Below are positions 20,080 to 30,114 of a DNA stretch of 64,000 nt, one piece after another. This DNA comes from an uncultured Candidatus Binatia bacterium (GTDB lineage Bacteria > Desulfobacterota > Binatia > UBA9968 > JAJDTQ01). The stretch covers positions 2,944,001-3,008,000 of the forward strand of contig OZ219754.1 in assembly GCA_964291295.2 (NCBI GenBank), given 5' to 3'. The notes below the pieces were generated by a model. The model was not told where the DNA came from. It did not search any database and worked only from the letters and a program-made list of their open reading frames with translations. A program made the translations under genes and the position numbers. Every line of letters starts with the position of its first letter. Positions within the stretch are counted from its first letter, which is position 1.

Positions 20080-21153
20080 GTGCCGAAGATCACCCACATC
20101 GAAGCGCGCGCCCTGAACGCGCCCCTCAAGGCTCCCTTCACCATTGCCGGAGCGCGGCTGGACGCGGTGCGCAACGTCGCCGTGCGGCTTGACCTGGCCG
20201 GTGGCGCCAGCGGCTGGGGGGAGATCCCGATCCTGCCGGCGGTGACGCCGGAAGACCAGCCCGCCGCCTTGGCCGCGTCCCGGCGGGCGGCGCAGGCATG
20301 GACCGGCCGGGACGCCCTGCGCTGGCGGCCGCTGCTGAAGGAGCTCTGCCGCCTGCTTCCGGACACGCCGACGGTCAGGGCCGGCATGGAGATGGCGCTG
20401 TTCGACGCCCTGGCGCGCCAATGGAACATTCCCCTCTTCGCATTCTTTGGCGGCGCCGCCGATCACGTCGTCACCGACATCACCATCCCCATGTGCGGGC
20501 CGGAAGAAGCCCGCAGGCTTGCGGCCGCGTACCGCGGGCTCGGATTCACCACCCTGAAAACCAAGGTCGGAGCCGATCCGGACGCCGACATCGAACGCGT
20601 CGCGGCCATCCGCGCAGGTCACCCGACCAGCGACCTCATCCTCGACGCCAACGGCGGCTACAACGTGACCCGGACCCTGGCGGTGCTGCGGACCCTTCGC
20701 CGCAAGGGACTGGAACCGGCCCTGCTGGAGCAGCCGGTGCCGCGGGAGGACCGGGACGGCCAGGCCCGCCTGGTGCGCGAAGCCGGCGTTCCGGTGGCCG
20801 CGGACGAATCCTGCCGCTCGTCCGAGGACGCCGCCGGCATCGCCCGGGATCGCCTGGCTCACGTGATCAACATCAAGCTGGCCAAGTGCGGCGTGGCCCA
20901 GGCCCTGGAGATCATCGCCATCGCCCGGGCGGCGGGCCTCGGACTCATGATCGGCGGCATGGTGGAGACGCGGCTGGCCATGGGCTTCAGCGCGCACCTG
21001 GCGGCGGGCACCGGCGCCTTCCGGTGGATCGACCTCGACACCCCCATGCTGCTGGCCGAGGATCCGGTGCGCCACGGCTACACGGTCGACGGACCGCGCT
21101 ACCAGCTCGGCCACATCACCGCCGGCCACGGCAGCGAGCCGACAGGATGGTAG
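20080..21153 (+). CDS. Dipeptide (L-Ala-D/L-Glu) epimerase, enolase superfamily
   Basis: KTKVG, LDANGGY, EQP, ADES, NIKLAKCG, DLD. Confidence 0.9.
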   Translation: MPKITHIEARALNAPLKAPFTIAGARLDAVRNVAVRLDLAGGASGWGEIPILPAVTPEDQPAALAASRRAAQAWTGRDALRWRPLLKELCRLLPDTPTVRAGMEMALFDALARQWNIPLFAFFGGAADHVVTDITIPMCGPEEARRLAAAYRGLGFTTLKTKVGADPDADIERVAAIRAGHPTSDLILDANGGYNVTRTLAVLRTLRRKGLEPALLEQPVPREDRDGQARLVREAGVPVAADESCRSSEDAAGIARDRLAHVINIKLAKCGVAQALEIIAIARAAGLGLMIGGMVETRLAMGFSAHLAAGTGAFRWIDLDTPMLLAEDPVRHGYTVDGPRYQLGHITAGHGSEPTGW

Positions 21154-21245
21154 AACCGCCCCGGTGATGGCGACGCCCTGGAGACGGCGGCGGTGTGCCG
21201 GCACGTTCTGACCGGCCCGCAACCGCAGAGTGACAGGGAGCGCGC

Positions 21246-22196
21246 TCAAGTGCCGGAACGGGTCACGCCGAGGCTTCGGAGCCGGGCCATGAGAAGCTCC
21301 GGCGCCATGGGCCGGCGCAGGAGTTCCCGCACGCCCTCGCCGGCCTCGCCAGGCTCGGCTGCCCGGGCCAGGAGGGTCGCCAGCGGCACCTCCGTCCGCG
21401 CCCATTGCCGCACGGGATAGAGCGCATCAATGGCCGCGACCCGCAGATCATACGGTTCTCTGAATGCGGCGGTGGCGGCGATGAACGCCCGGACCGTTTC
21501 GGCAAGCGCGTCTTCCCCGGGCGATCCCTCTCCGACGCCATGCCGGATCGCGGTCGAGGAGTGGTCCCTGAGCCCGGCGGCGAGCGCCAGCGGTTGAACC
21601 CGGTCCCGGTAAGGGGCGTTCCCGGGGCGCTCCAGCAACGCATACAATTCGCCGGCGCCCCACTCCCCCCGGTTGGCGGCCACCAGCCTTGCCTGGGCGA
21701 ACAGCCCATCCAGTGCCCGGTCGCGGTCGTCGTAGTATTTCCCATCGAAAATCTGGAGCACCTTGTCCATGCCCACGATGACCCAGAGTTCCGCCGCCCG
21801 GCCGAAGCTCGCCCGGAACGCCGGCGCCTGCTCGGAGTAGAGGCCGCGGTTCACCACCGCCACCGCGGCCCATGGGTGGGCGCACGCGAGCAGCGACAGC
21901 AGCAGCAGGCGGTCCTCGCGGCACAGGCCTTCCACCCGCTCCTTGTCGACGATGACGCTGCTCAGGGAGTAGACGACATGATCCAGATCGAAACGGCGCC
22001 GGGCGGCGCCGGCGAGATCGGTATGGGCAAGGGTGGGCGGATTGAAGGAGCCCGGAAGGATGCCGACCCGGCCACCTTCGATACGGTGCGGGCCGGCCAC
22101 CAGGACGGCGGCCGGCACCGGAGCAGCCTCAACGGCCGCCAGCGCCTCGCGGAAGCCGAAGAGGCGCCCGAGGTCGTGAAAGTCCTGCTGCGACAA
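21246..22196 (-). CDS. Nucleotidyltransferase, NadD/Pof1-like NMN adenylyltransferase family
   Basis: GSFNPPTLAH, VGMDK..QIFD.KYY, SSTAIR; SD AGGAG overlaps upstream stop. Confidence 0.75.
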   Translation of the reverse strand: MSQQDFHDLGRLFGFREALAAVEAAPVPAAVLVAGPHRIEGGRVGILPGSFNPPTLAHTDLAGAARRRFDLDHVVYSLSSVIVDKERVEGLCREDRLLLLSLLACAHPWAAVAVVNRGLYSEQAPAFRASFGRAAELWVIVGMDKVLQIFDGKYYDDRDRALDGLFAQARLVAANRGEWGAGELYALLERPGNAPYRDRVQPLALAAGLRDHSSTAIRHGVGEGSPGEDALAETVRAFIAATAAFREPYDLRVAAIDALYPVRQWARTEVPLATLLARAAEPGEAGEGVRELLRRPMAPELLMARLRSLGVTRSGT

Positions 22197-22202
22197 GCTC
22201 TC

Positions 22203-22349
22203 CTATTTCCAGATTGCGGGACTGTCTTCCTCGGGGAAACAGGCATCGCAGAAGGGGCAGTGAAACTCCATGCCCGAGCCCAGCATGTGTGGGTTCACCA
22301 CGAACTTTCCATTGCATTTCGGACACGTCACCTCGACAGCCTGACCCAT
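22203..22349 (-). CDS. 48-aa zinc-ribbon protein (CPKC...CPFC)
   Basis: MGQAVEVTCPKCNGKFVVNPHMLGSGMEFHCPFCDACFPEEDSPAIWK; SD AAAGGAG. Confidence 0.8.
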   Translation of the reverse strand: MGQAVEVTCPKCNGKFVVNPHMLGSGMEFHCPFCDACFPEEDSPAIWK

Positions 22350-22383
22350 GAAGGTCTCCTTTCCGCCGGTTCTGCTCGAACGC

Positions 22384-23829
22384 CTACGACCAGTAGGTCG
22401 TCCGATCAATGGGGATGTGCGAAAGGATCTCGCCGGGAATGAAATCCTCGACCTTGATCCGGCTCATGGCCTCGTCCGGAACCTTGGACACCGGCGAGAA
22501 CGGCCGGTCCAGCGGACGCGTGGCGTCGACGATCATCCCTGAGGTCTTGATCTCGTCCACCAGGGACGGATCCAGGAAGTTGCCGCGGAAGAGCGGTTTC
22601 AGGATCGACACCTGGCGGTGGGGCTGCACGCGCGTGGCCAGGGCCCACAGGATGTCCGTGGGATCGTACACGTTGATGTCCTCGTCGAAGACGAAGACGT
22701 TCTTGGTGTGGTCGAAGGTCAGGGCCGCGGCCGCCGCCCGTCCCGGATCGCCTTCCGACAGCTTGTTCATGGAGATGAAGACGTTGTAGTGGGCATGCCG
22801 GCCCATCTTGCAGACCGCTCGCACCCCGGGCACGGCCTCGCGGCAGCGGCGCAGATAGGCGCCCTCGCGCGGCAGATCCATCCACGGCTTGTCGCCCTCG
22901 GGCGTGATGATGGACTGGAACATGGCACCCCGGCGCCAGCTCATGGCGGTAACCTTGTACTCCACGCAGGTGGTGTAGCGCTGCGGCCCGAGATAGCCCG
23001 GGGCCTCGCCGAAGGGACCTTCCACCACCCGCTTGTTGGGTTGAAGCAGTCCCTCGATGACCACCTCCGCGTCCGCCGGGATCAGGAAGTTGTCGCCCCA
23101 GGTGGAGGACGGCGTGAGCCGCAGCGGCTCCTGCATGTAACCGCCGATGATGTCGAACTCGCTCACCTCGAACGGGCCGCTGTAGCACGCGCCCATGTGG
23201 TAGGTCGGGTGGTGCCCCAGCACCGTGGCCACGGGACACTCCATGTTGTTGTCCTCGTAGTCCTTGAATATCTTCCACAGGTGGCGCGGCGAGGCGTACA
23301 GCGCCGTGCTCCGGGGCGACTTGACCTCCATCCGGTGGTACGAGCAGTTGTAGATGCCGGACTGCCGCTCCTTTGTGATGGTGGACATGACGATGTAGGG
23401 ACCGCCGTCCATGTAGTGATGACGCATCACCGGGATCTGGTAGATGTCCACGTCCTTGCCGGTCTGCACGTTCTGCATGACCGGTGCCTGGTCGCGCTCG
23501 ATGACGACCGGCTCCAGACGGTGCTCCTCGCGTTCCAGGCAGACGTCGGTCATGGCCTCCCGGCTCGTGTCCCGGTCCAGACCGAGAGCCACCTGGGTCT
23601 TGCCCTGGGAGATCTCGCAGTTCATGGTCAGCTTGATGTCCGACGGTTGACCGTGGAGGTTCAACGGGTTGTCGAAGACCAGGATCGGGAACTTCCGCTG
23701 TTCGTCAAGGTGCTTGATGAGCGCGCTCACGTCGTAGTGAGCCGGATCCACCTGCTTGGTCACGTGGACCACCTCGTTGGGGATCTCCCGCCGGCAGTCT
23801 TCCAGAAACGATCCCAGGCTCTTGGGCAT
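22384..23829 (-). CDS. UbiD-family decarboxylase #2
   Basis: DGGPYI, YNCSYHR, EGPFGEAPGY, FDEDINVY...WALATR. Confidence 0.92.
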   Translation of the reverse strand: MPKSLGSFLEDCRREIPNEVVHVTKQVDPAHYDVSALIKHLDEQRKFPILVFDNPLNLHGQPSDIKLTMNCEISQGKTQVALGLDRDTSREAMTDVCLEREEHRLEPVVIERDQAPVMQNVQTGKDVDIYQIPVMRHHYMDGGPYIVMSTITKERQSGIYNCSYHRMEVKSPRSTALYASPRHLWKIFKDYEDNNMECPVATVLGHHPTYHMGACYSGPFEVSEFDIIGGYMQEPLRLTPSSTWGDNFLIPADAEVVIEGLLQPNKRVVEGPFGEAPGYLGPQRYTTCVEYKVTAMSWRRGAMFQSIITPEGDKPWMDLPREGAYLRRCREAVPGVRAVCKMGRHAHYNVFISMNKLSEGDPGRAAAAALTFDHTKNVFVFDEDINVYDPTDILWALATRVQPHRQVSILKPLFRGNFLDPSLVDEIKTSGMIVDATRPLDRPFSPVSKVPDEAMSRIKVEDFIPGEILSHIPIDRTTYWS

Positions 23830-23863
23830 GTGTCACCTCTTTCGCGATGTACTGGAGGCTCGG

Positions 23864-23930
23864 TGTCGGATTTTCCGAACTCTGTCCGAACTCTGTGCCG
23901 GTCTGTGTCTCCCTGTCGGATTGTCCGAAG
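23864..23930. promoter_or_regulatory. Two copies of palindromic TGTCGGA-TT(T/G)-TCCGAA, candidate TF sites
   Basis: At 23864-23879 and 23914-23929, 50 bp apart, in the divergent ubiD/tctC intergenic region. Confidence 0.5.
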
Positions 23931-24053
23931 ATTCCGGGTTCTTAGCCGAAGCACCGAAGGTTGTCAAACCGGCCCCAGGGGCGGAGAATTGCAGTTGACA
24001 GGCGCGATCCAGCCGAAATACAACGACACAGGATCAAGCCCGGGAAGGAGCCC

Positions 24054-25127
24054 ATGATGAACCGACGTCGTGCAAGCCTTGCAGCCATGATCATTGCCTG
24101 GAGCCTCGCCCCCGGCACCGCGGCGGCCACCGTTTCGTTCGAGGGGAAGACCGTCGCCATTCTGATCCCCTACTCCGTTGGCGGCGCCGCCGACATCATG
24201 GCCCGCCAGATGCTGCCGTTCATCGGCAGACAGATCCCCGGGAACCCCACCACCATCATCAAGAACATGCCCGGGGGCGGCGGCATCGTGGGCGAGAACT
24301 GGGTCTACAATTCCGCCCCCGCCGACGGCACCATCATCGGTCAGTTCTCGACCTCGGTCACCGACACCATCTTCAAGCCCGCCAAGGTCAAGTTCGAACT
24401 GGACAAGCTTCAGTGGCTGGGCGGGGTGCGTGAGACCACCGTCACCTTCGTCAGCAGGGACCTCGGCATCACCAGGGGTGCGGAGATGGCAGGCCTCGGG
24501 AAGAAGATATTCTTCGGCACCACGTCGATCCAGAGCCCGCGCTCCATGATCCCGCGGCTGTTCCTGAAGATCCTGGGCCAGGACCACAGGCTGGTGACCG
24601 GCTACGGCAGCAGCGGCGACATGCGCGCGGCCATCCGACGGGGCGAGCTGAACATGACCAATGACAGCCAGAGCGGCTACTTCGCCGCGGTGCTGCCCAT
24701 GGTCGAGGACGGCGCGGTGGTGCCCGTCGCCCAGGAAGGCACCGTCCAGGACGGCAGGATCGTCCGTGATCCGCGCCTGCCGGACCTGCCCACCTATTAC
24801 GAGATCGTCCTGAAGCTCAAGGGTGAATCCATCAGGAAGGAGCCCGACTACCGCGCCATGGAGCTGCTGGCCTACCTCGGCGGCGTCCGGCGCGGCTGGG
24901 TCTACGCGGCGCGAGTTCCCGGGGACGTCTTCGACACCATGGCGGCGAGCTTCGACCGATTCCTGAAGGACAAGGAGATGATCGCCCATTTCAGAAAAGC
25001 CATCGGCTTCCGGCTCGTATCCCTGAACGCGCCCCAGGCCCGGGCCATCATCGACAAGGTGGTGGAGATCCGGAAGCGCGACCCCGAAGCCCTGGAGATC
25101 CTGAAGGCGATGGCGCAGAAGCCCTGA
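24054..25127 (+). CDS. Tripartite tricarboxylate transporter substrate-binding protein (TctC/Bug)
   Basis: Signal peptide, IPYSVGGAADI.AR, NMPGGGG, DGT, VTGY. Confidence 0.88.
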   Translation: MMNRRRASLAAMIIAWSLAPGTAAATVSFEGKTVAILIPYSVGGAADIMARQMLPFIGRQIPGNPTTIIKNMPGGGGIVGENWVYNSAPADGTIIGQFSTSVTDTIFKPAKVKFELDKLQWLGGVRETTVTFVSRDLGITRGAEMAGLGKKIFFGTTSIQSPRSMIPRLFLKILGQDHRLVTGYGSSGDMRAAIRRGELNMTNDSQSGYFAAVLPMVEDGAVVPVAQEGTVQDGRIVRDPRLPDLPTYYEIVLKLKGESIRKEPDYRAMELLAYLGGVRRGWVYAARVPGDVFDTMAASFDRFLKDKEMIAHFRKAIGFRLVSLNAPQARAIIDKVVEIRKRDPEALEILKAMAQKP

Positions 25128-25160
25128 CCACGGCCACCGGACCGCCGCACTGGCTTCGCC

Positions 25161-26762
25161 GTGACCCTCCAACGCAGCCTGGGCGGGTTCATCCTGCTCG
25201 CGGTCCTCGCGGCGTGGCTCTTTCTGGCCCAGGGGCAGGCCGGGAAGATCGGCACCGCCTCCCTCGAAGGCCTTCTCCGGGTGTTCTCCTGGCCCGCCTT
25301 CGGCTACCTGCTGCTGGGCAACGCCATCGGCTTCGCCGTGGGCATGCTGCCGGGTCTCGGCGGGCCTGTCACCATGGCCCTCATGCTCGGGTTCGCGTTC
25401 CAGCTCGGGATGGACGCGGTGGAGGCCTTCTCCTTCCTGCTCGGGATGATGGCCGTGACCGCCACCACGGGCGACATCACCTCCATCCTGTTCGGCATCC
25501 CCGGCGAGGGGTCCACCGCCTCCACCATCGTCGAAGGCCACCCCCTGGCCAAGAAAGGAGAGGCCGGACGGGCCTTGGGCGCATCGCTCATGAGTTCGCT
25601 GATGGGGGCGATCATCGGCGCCGGCGCCATCGCCGTGGCCATTCCCGTCGTCACCCCGCTGGTGCTGGCTCTGGGCACCCCGGAGTTCTTCATGCTCACC
25701 ATCGCCGGGGTGACGTTCGTGGGCGCGCTGAGCGGCGGCAGCGTGGTCAAGGGGCTGGCCGCGGGCGGCCTGGGGTTCCTCTTCTCGCTGGTGGGGCTGG
25801 ACATGCAGACCGCCACCGAGCGCTACACCTTCGGCTTCATGTACCTGTGGGGCGGCGGGGAGACGGGCGGTGCCGGCATCGGCCTGGTGCCGGCCACGGT
25901 GGGGCTTTTCGCCATTCCGGAGATCATCGATCTGGCCACCAAGGGCGGCAGCATCGCCCAGGCCCGGGTCGGCCGCCTGGGCGGCGTGCTCCAGGGGGTC
26001 AAGGACGCGCTGAGACACGGGTGGCTGGTAGCGCGGTGCAGCGCCATGGGCACCTGTATCGGCATCATCCCGGGCATGGGCGGACCCGTGTCCCAGTGGG
26101 TGGCCTACGCTCTGGCGATGCGATCCTCGGGCAGGCAGGACCAGGTCGGGACCGGCGTCATCGAGGGCGTGCTGGGCCCGGGGGCGGCAAACAATTCGAC
26201 GCTGGGCGGCGCGCTCATCCCCACCATCGCCTTCGGCATCCCGGGCAACGTCACCACCGCCATCCTGCTGGGGGCGTTCCTCGTCCTGGGCCTGCGTCCC
26301 GGCACCACCATGCTGACCCGGGATCTGGACGTCACGTTCTCGCTGGTGTGGGTACTGGTGGTCTCCAATATCATCACGGTGTCGGTCTGTTTTCTCTTTC
26401 TGAACCAACTGGCCCGGCTCACGCGTATCCGGGGAACGCTGCTGATACCGCCGCTCCTGCTGTTCATCTATCTCGGCTCCTACACCCACACCCACAGTTT
26501 CGGCGACATCCTCGTCACGCTGTTCTTCGGCGCCCTGGGCTGGCTCATGGTGGTGTTCGACTGGTCCCGGCCGGCGCTCCTGCTGGGGCTGGTGCTGGGC
26601 CGGCTGGCCGACAACTACCTGTGGATCACCTACTCGCGCTACGATTTCGGCTTCATCACGCGACCCGGAGTGCTCATCATCCTGTGCGTCATCCTGGCCA
26701 GCATCTTCTATCCGGTGGTGAGCGACCGCCTGCGCCGCCGCGCCCCGGAGGCGAACTCATGA
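25161..26762 (+). CDS. tctA: Tripartite tricarboxylate transporter large permease TctA
   Basis: GMLPGLG, SILFGIPGEG, PGAANNS, IPTIAFGIPG. Confidence 0.93.
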   Translation: MTLQRSLGGFILLAVLAAWLFLAQGQAGKIGTASLEGLLRVFSWPAFGYLLLGNAIGFAVGMLPGLGGPVTMALMLGFAFQLGMDAVEAFSFLLGMMAVTATTGDITSILFGIPGEGSTASTIVEGHPLAKKGEAGRALGASLMSSLMGAIIGAGAIAVAIPVVTPLVLALGTPEFFMLTIAGVTFVGALSGGSVVKGLAAGGLGFLFSLVGLDMQTATERYTFGFMYLWGGGETGGAGIGLVPATVGLFAIPEIIDLATKGGSIAQARVGRLGGVLQGVKDALRHGWLVARCSAMGTCIGIIPGMGGPVSQWVAYALAMRSSGRQDQVGTGVIEGVLGPGAANNSTLGGALIPTIAFGIPGNVTTAILLGAFLVLGLRPGTTMLTRDLDVTFSLVWVLVVSNIITVSVCFLFLNQLARLTRIRGTLLIPPLLLFIYLGSYTHTHSFGDILVTLFFGALGWLMVVFDWSRPALLLGLVLGRLADNYLWITYSRYDFGFITRPGVLIILCVILASIFYPVVSDRLRRRAPEANS

Positions 26763-27322
26763 GCTTCCGCCGTTATTCGACAGCCTTCACCGGGGCGCTG
26801 TTCCTGCTCGCCGCCTGGGCGCTATGGGAAGCCCGCGCGTGGGACATCCAGGCAAGCCTCATGGTCTGGCTCATCGGCGTGCCCACCGCGGCGCTGCTGG
26901 CACTGCAACTCGTGCGGGAACTCGCCGGACGGGCCGACGCGACCGCCGCCAGGGGCGGCGCGCCAAACCCCGTGGACGCGGCCACCGCTCGCCGCACTGC
27001 CGAGACCGTGGATGCGGCCGCGGAACGGCGCCGCACCGCGAGCATCATTGGCTGGATCCTCGGCTTCGCCGCGGCGCTCTGGCTGGCGGGTTTTCAGTTC
27101 GGCATCGGGCTGGCGACGTGGCTCTACCTCAGGCGCGCGGGCGAGCGCTGGCTCACCGTCATCACCATCACGGTCGCAGTGCTGGCCGGCGTCGTGCTGG
27201 TGTTCGACTGCGGCATGCACATCTTCTTCGCCGAGGGCAGGCTCTTTGCCTGGACCGGGCTCCGCACGAGCCCGCTCTTCGCCAGCTTCTGCCACCAGGT
27301 CACCAGCCCGTTCAAGGGGTGA
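26759..27322 (+). CDS. Tripartite tricarboxylate transporter small subunit TctB-like
   Basis: Hydrophobic ~187-aa ORF (MSFRRYS...) overlapping tctA stop (ATGA). Confidence 0.75.
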   Translation: MSFRRYSTAFTGALFLLAAWALWEARAWDIQASLMVWLIGVPTAALLALQLVRELAGRADATAARGGAPNPVDAATARRTAETVDAAAERRRTASIIGWILGFAAALWLAGFQFGIGLATWLYLRRAGERWLTVITITVAVLAGVVLVFDCGMHIFFAEGRLFAWTGLRTSPLFASFCHQVTSPFKG

Positions 27323-27413
27323 CCTCCACGGCCGCCCCTGGCACTGGCGCTCCCTCTCGCTGCAACGACGGAAGGAGTGGACGGGAGGACAGGCTTCAGG
27401 CAGGTGAGGGCGG

Positions 27414-28502
27414 CTACAATCCGTAGAGCGTCCGGGCGTTGTCGCTCAGGATCTTCCGCTTCTGCTCGTCCGAGATGGCGTCATTGCCGTTGAAGATGGT
27501 GAAGGCGTCCACCTCGCTCGAGGCGTCGGTATGGCCGTAGTCGGTGCCGATGACGATGTTGTCATCCCCCGCGTACTTCAGCACGTAAGGGAAGTCGTCG
27601 TCGGTCTGGGCCGACACGTAGATGTGGAAGGCCTTCATGGGATTCTCGGGATATTCCGCTGTTCCGGACCTCCGGATGGTCTCGTTCACCACCCACGGAA
27701 CCCACTGGGCAGAGGACTCGATGAAACCCCAGCGAAGCTTGGGAAACACCTTGGGCACTTCGCTCATCATCAGCGTGAAGCAGGTGGAGACCGTGGGAAT
27801 GCGGAACACCGGGAGCCCGCCGCCGCTGTCATAACGCGGCCGGAACTGGGTCGCCAGCCGGGGGCTGCCGTTGGCGATATGAATGCCCATCATCATGTCG
27901 AGGCGCTGGGCCTCGTCGAAGATCGGGTAGAAGTACGGGTCCACCAGGTGCCGGTCGCCCTCGAAGGGACGGAGGCAGACGCCCACCGCGCCATTCTCCC
28001 GGCTGAAGCGGACCTGCTCCAGGGCCTCGCTCATGGTCATGGCGGGGACCACGCAGACCCAGCGGAGACGGCCGCCGCCCTGCTTCCACACGTCCGCCAT
28101 CCAGCGGTTCCAGCTCGCGCACAGGGCGACCTCGGCGTCGGCGTGTTCCGTCACCTGCTCGATCCACAGCGTGTTGTACATGACCTGGACATCAATGCCG
28201 AGCTTGTCCAGGTGATCGAGCCGCAACTGGACGTCGCGCAACTCGCGCGCGTCCTGAGGCGTCTGCATCTGCCGTCCGGCCTTGGCCGAGACTTCGTCGA
28301 GTTGCTGCTCGCTCAACGTACTGAAACGGAAGCCCAGCACTTTTCCGTCCAGAACCCAGTACTGGGTCGTCGAGTCCTCGGAAGCGGCGAAAAGCTTCGG
28401 GCGGAACTTCTTCTCCGAAGCATCCAGATAGTCCCACGTGTGCTCCGTCTCCACCACATGGGCATCCGCATCCACTACGATTTCGGTTCCGTTGAAGGTC
28501 AT
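27414..28502 (-). CDS. Amidohydrolase_2 family protein (decarboxylase/hydratase type)
   Basis: DADAHVVE, IH, GTDYGH.D, KILSDNA..LYGL. Confidence 0.9.
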   Translation of the reverse strand: MTFNGTEIVVDADAHVVETEHTWDYLDASEKKFRPKLFAASEDSTTQYWVLDGKVLGFRFSTLSEQQLDEVSAKAGRQMQTPQDARELRDVQLRLDHLDKLGIDVQVMYNTLWIEQVTEHADAEVALCASWNRWMADVWKQGGGRLRWVCVVPAMTMSEALEQVRFSRENGAVGVCLRPFEGDRHLVDPYFYPIFDEAQRLDMMMGIHIANGSPRLATQFRPRYDSGGGLPVFRIPTVSTCFTLMMSEVPKVFPKLRWGFIESSAQWVPWVVNETIRRSGTAEYPENPMKAFHIYVSAQTDDDFPYVLKYAGDDNIVIGTDYGHTDASSEVDAFTIFNGNDAISDEQKRKILSDNARTLYGL

Positions 28503-28534
28503 GTCCGTTCTCCTTTCGCCGGCGGCCTGTCGCC

Positions 28535-28647
28535 TCATGCGATGCCGTAATGGGGTTGTCGCTCAGGGGCTGTCGCTCAGAACCTTCCGCCCGGATTCGT
28601 CCTCCACCTCGGCGTCCGCCCTGAACCGGATCTGGCGTCCACCACCA
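28535..28647 (-). pseudogene. Relic 3' end of a paralogous amidohydrolase gene
   Basis: Broken frames read VVDA / RFRADAEVEDESGRKVLSD(S/N)P / YGIA*, matching the neighbour's C-terminus. Confidence 0.55.
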
Positions 28648-29026
28648 GCGGTTGCCCGTTTCATGTCACGATTTGTTTCCCTGACGGATTTCGCCTAGAC
28701 TCGTTCCCATCTTCACTCCCCGCACACCCGTATCTAGTAGCGAACCATGGATTCAGGTGTCAAGAAGTGCGCGGGGTCGCGCGGCTGTCCGACGGACGAG
28801 ACGCGCACGCGGCAAGCCGTGCGAAACACTCCAGCCACCCTCCTGATCGTTCTGGCGCGGGCGCTCGTCCCGACCGTCATCGTCGGCGCTTCCAGAGCGT
28901 GGAACCGGGAACGGCGCGCCGCCATCGCCGAAAACGCCGGTATCGCCCCGGCCCCCGGGCGCAACGCGTTCAGGCTTCCCTCCATCCGACACGGCACGGG
29001 TCCGACGGCAGGATGACGGATCACCC

Positions 29027-29884
29027 ATGTCGCCGCAATTCCTCGCCTTGGTAACATCGTTCTTCTACGCGGGCTGCTTTCTAGCCACCCGGCGGGGGCT
29101 GCTGTACTCCACTCCAGCCACGGCCGCCTATGTGGCGTTGGCCGTCAACAGCACGATCCTGTGGGCGATCGTCTTCCTGACCGGCGGCATCCCCGCCGTC
29201 CCCCGGGTGGCCACCGCCTGCTTCGTGGCGGCGGGCCTGATCCAGCTTGGCACGCGCCTGTTCGCCTACCACGGCGTGGCCCGCCTCGGTGCCAGCGTCA
29301 CCAGCACCGTCCAGTCCACCAACCCGGTGTTCGGCACCGCCCTGGCGGTCCTCTTCCTGCACGAGACGGTGACGCCGCTCCTGCTCTTCGGCACCGGCTC
29401 GGTGGTACTCGGCATCATTCTGCTTTCGTGGAAGCCGCAGCAGCAGACCTGGCGGGCCCGGGATCTGGTCTTCCCCTTTGCCGCCGCCCTCACCGCCGGG
29501 GTGAACCACCCGATTCGCCGCTACGGGCTGGCCTTCGCCAACCAGCCACTCTTTCTCAGCGCGGTGATGGGGCTTGCCGCGCTGAGCCCCATGTTGTGCA
29601 ACCTCGCAAATCCGCGCGTCCGGAAAACCATCGTGCTCCACCGCCGCGCCATGCCCTACTTTCTGGCCACCGGAGTCTTCGAGGCCGTGGGCATCTGGTC
29701 GCTGGTATCGGCGCTGGGCATCGGCAACGTGGTGGTGGTGGGCCCCATCGTGTGCGTCGCGCCCCTCTGGGTGCTGCTGGGCACCCTGCTTTTCTCCCGC
29801 GACGTCGAGCGGGTGAACCTCCAGACCGGCATTGCCACCCTGTTCGTCATCACCGGAATCGTCGCCGTCTACCTGCAGGGCTGA
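29027..29884 (+). CDS. DMT/EamA family transporter
   Basis: About 10 TM segments; STNPVF..LA.LFLHE; two EamA repeats. Confidence 0.88.
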   Translation: MSPQFLALVTSFFYAGCFLATRRGLLYSTPATAAYVALAVNSTILWAIVFLTGGIPAVPRVATACFVAAGLIQLGTRLFAYHGVARLGASVTSTVQSTNPVFGTALAVLFLHETVTPLLLFGTGSVVLGIILLSWKPQQQTWRARDLVFPFAAALTAGVNHPIRRYGLAFANQPLFLSAVMGLAALSPMLCNLANPRVRKTIVLHRRAMPYFLATGVFEAVGIWSLVSALGIGNVVVVGPIVCVAPLWVLLGTLLFSRDVERVNLQTGIATLFVITGIVAVYLQG

Positions 29885-30114
29885 TTTTCTTGTCGGCCGG
29901 GTGACCCGCGTGCGGTGATGGCGGCCCGGGCCATCTCTTTTCGATGTCGTGGCCGGCCGGCCACGGCGGGACTGCCGGCACTCCGGACGCTGAAGTGGGA
30001 GGCGAGGTCGAACCCGCTGAACGGGCCGGCCCTGGAGGTTCCGGAACAGAGGCTCGATCAGGCTCCCTCAGGAAGGCCGCCGGCGGTCCGGACGTGCTTC
30101 CCGTGAAGCGGCCT

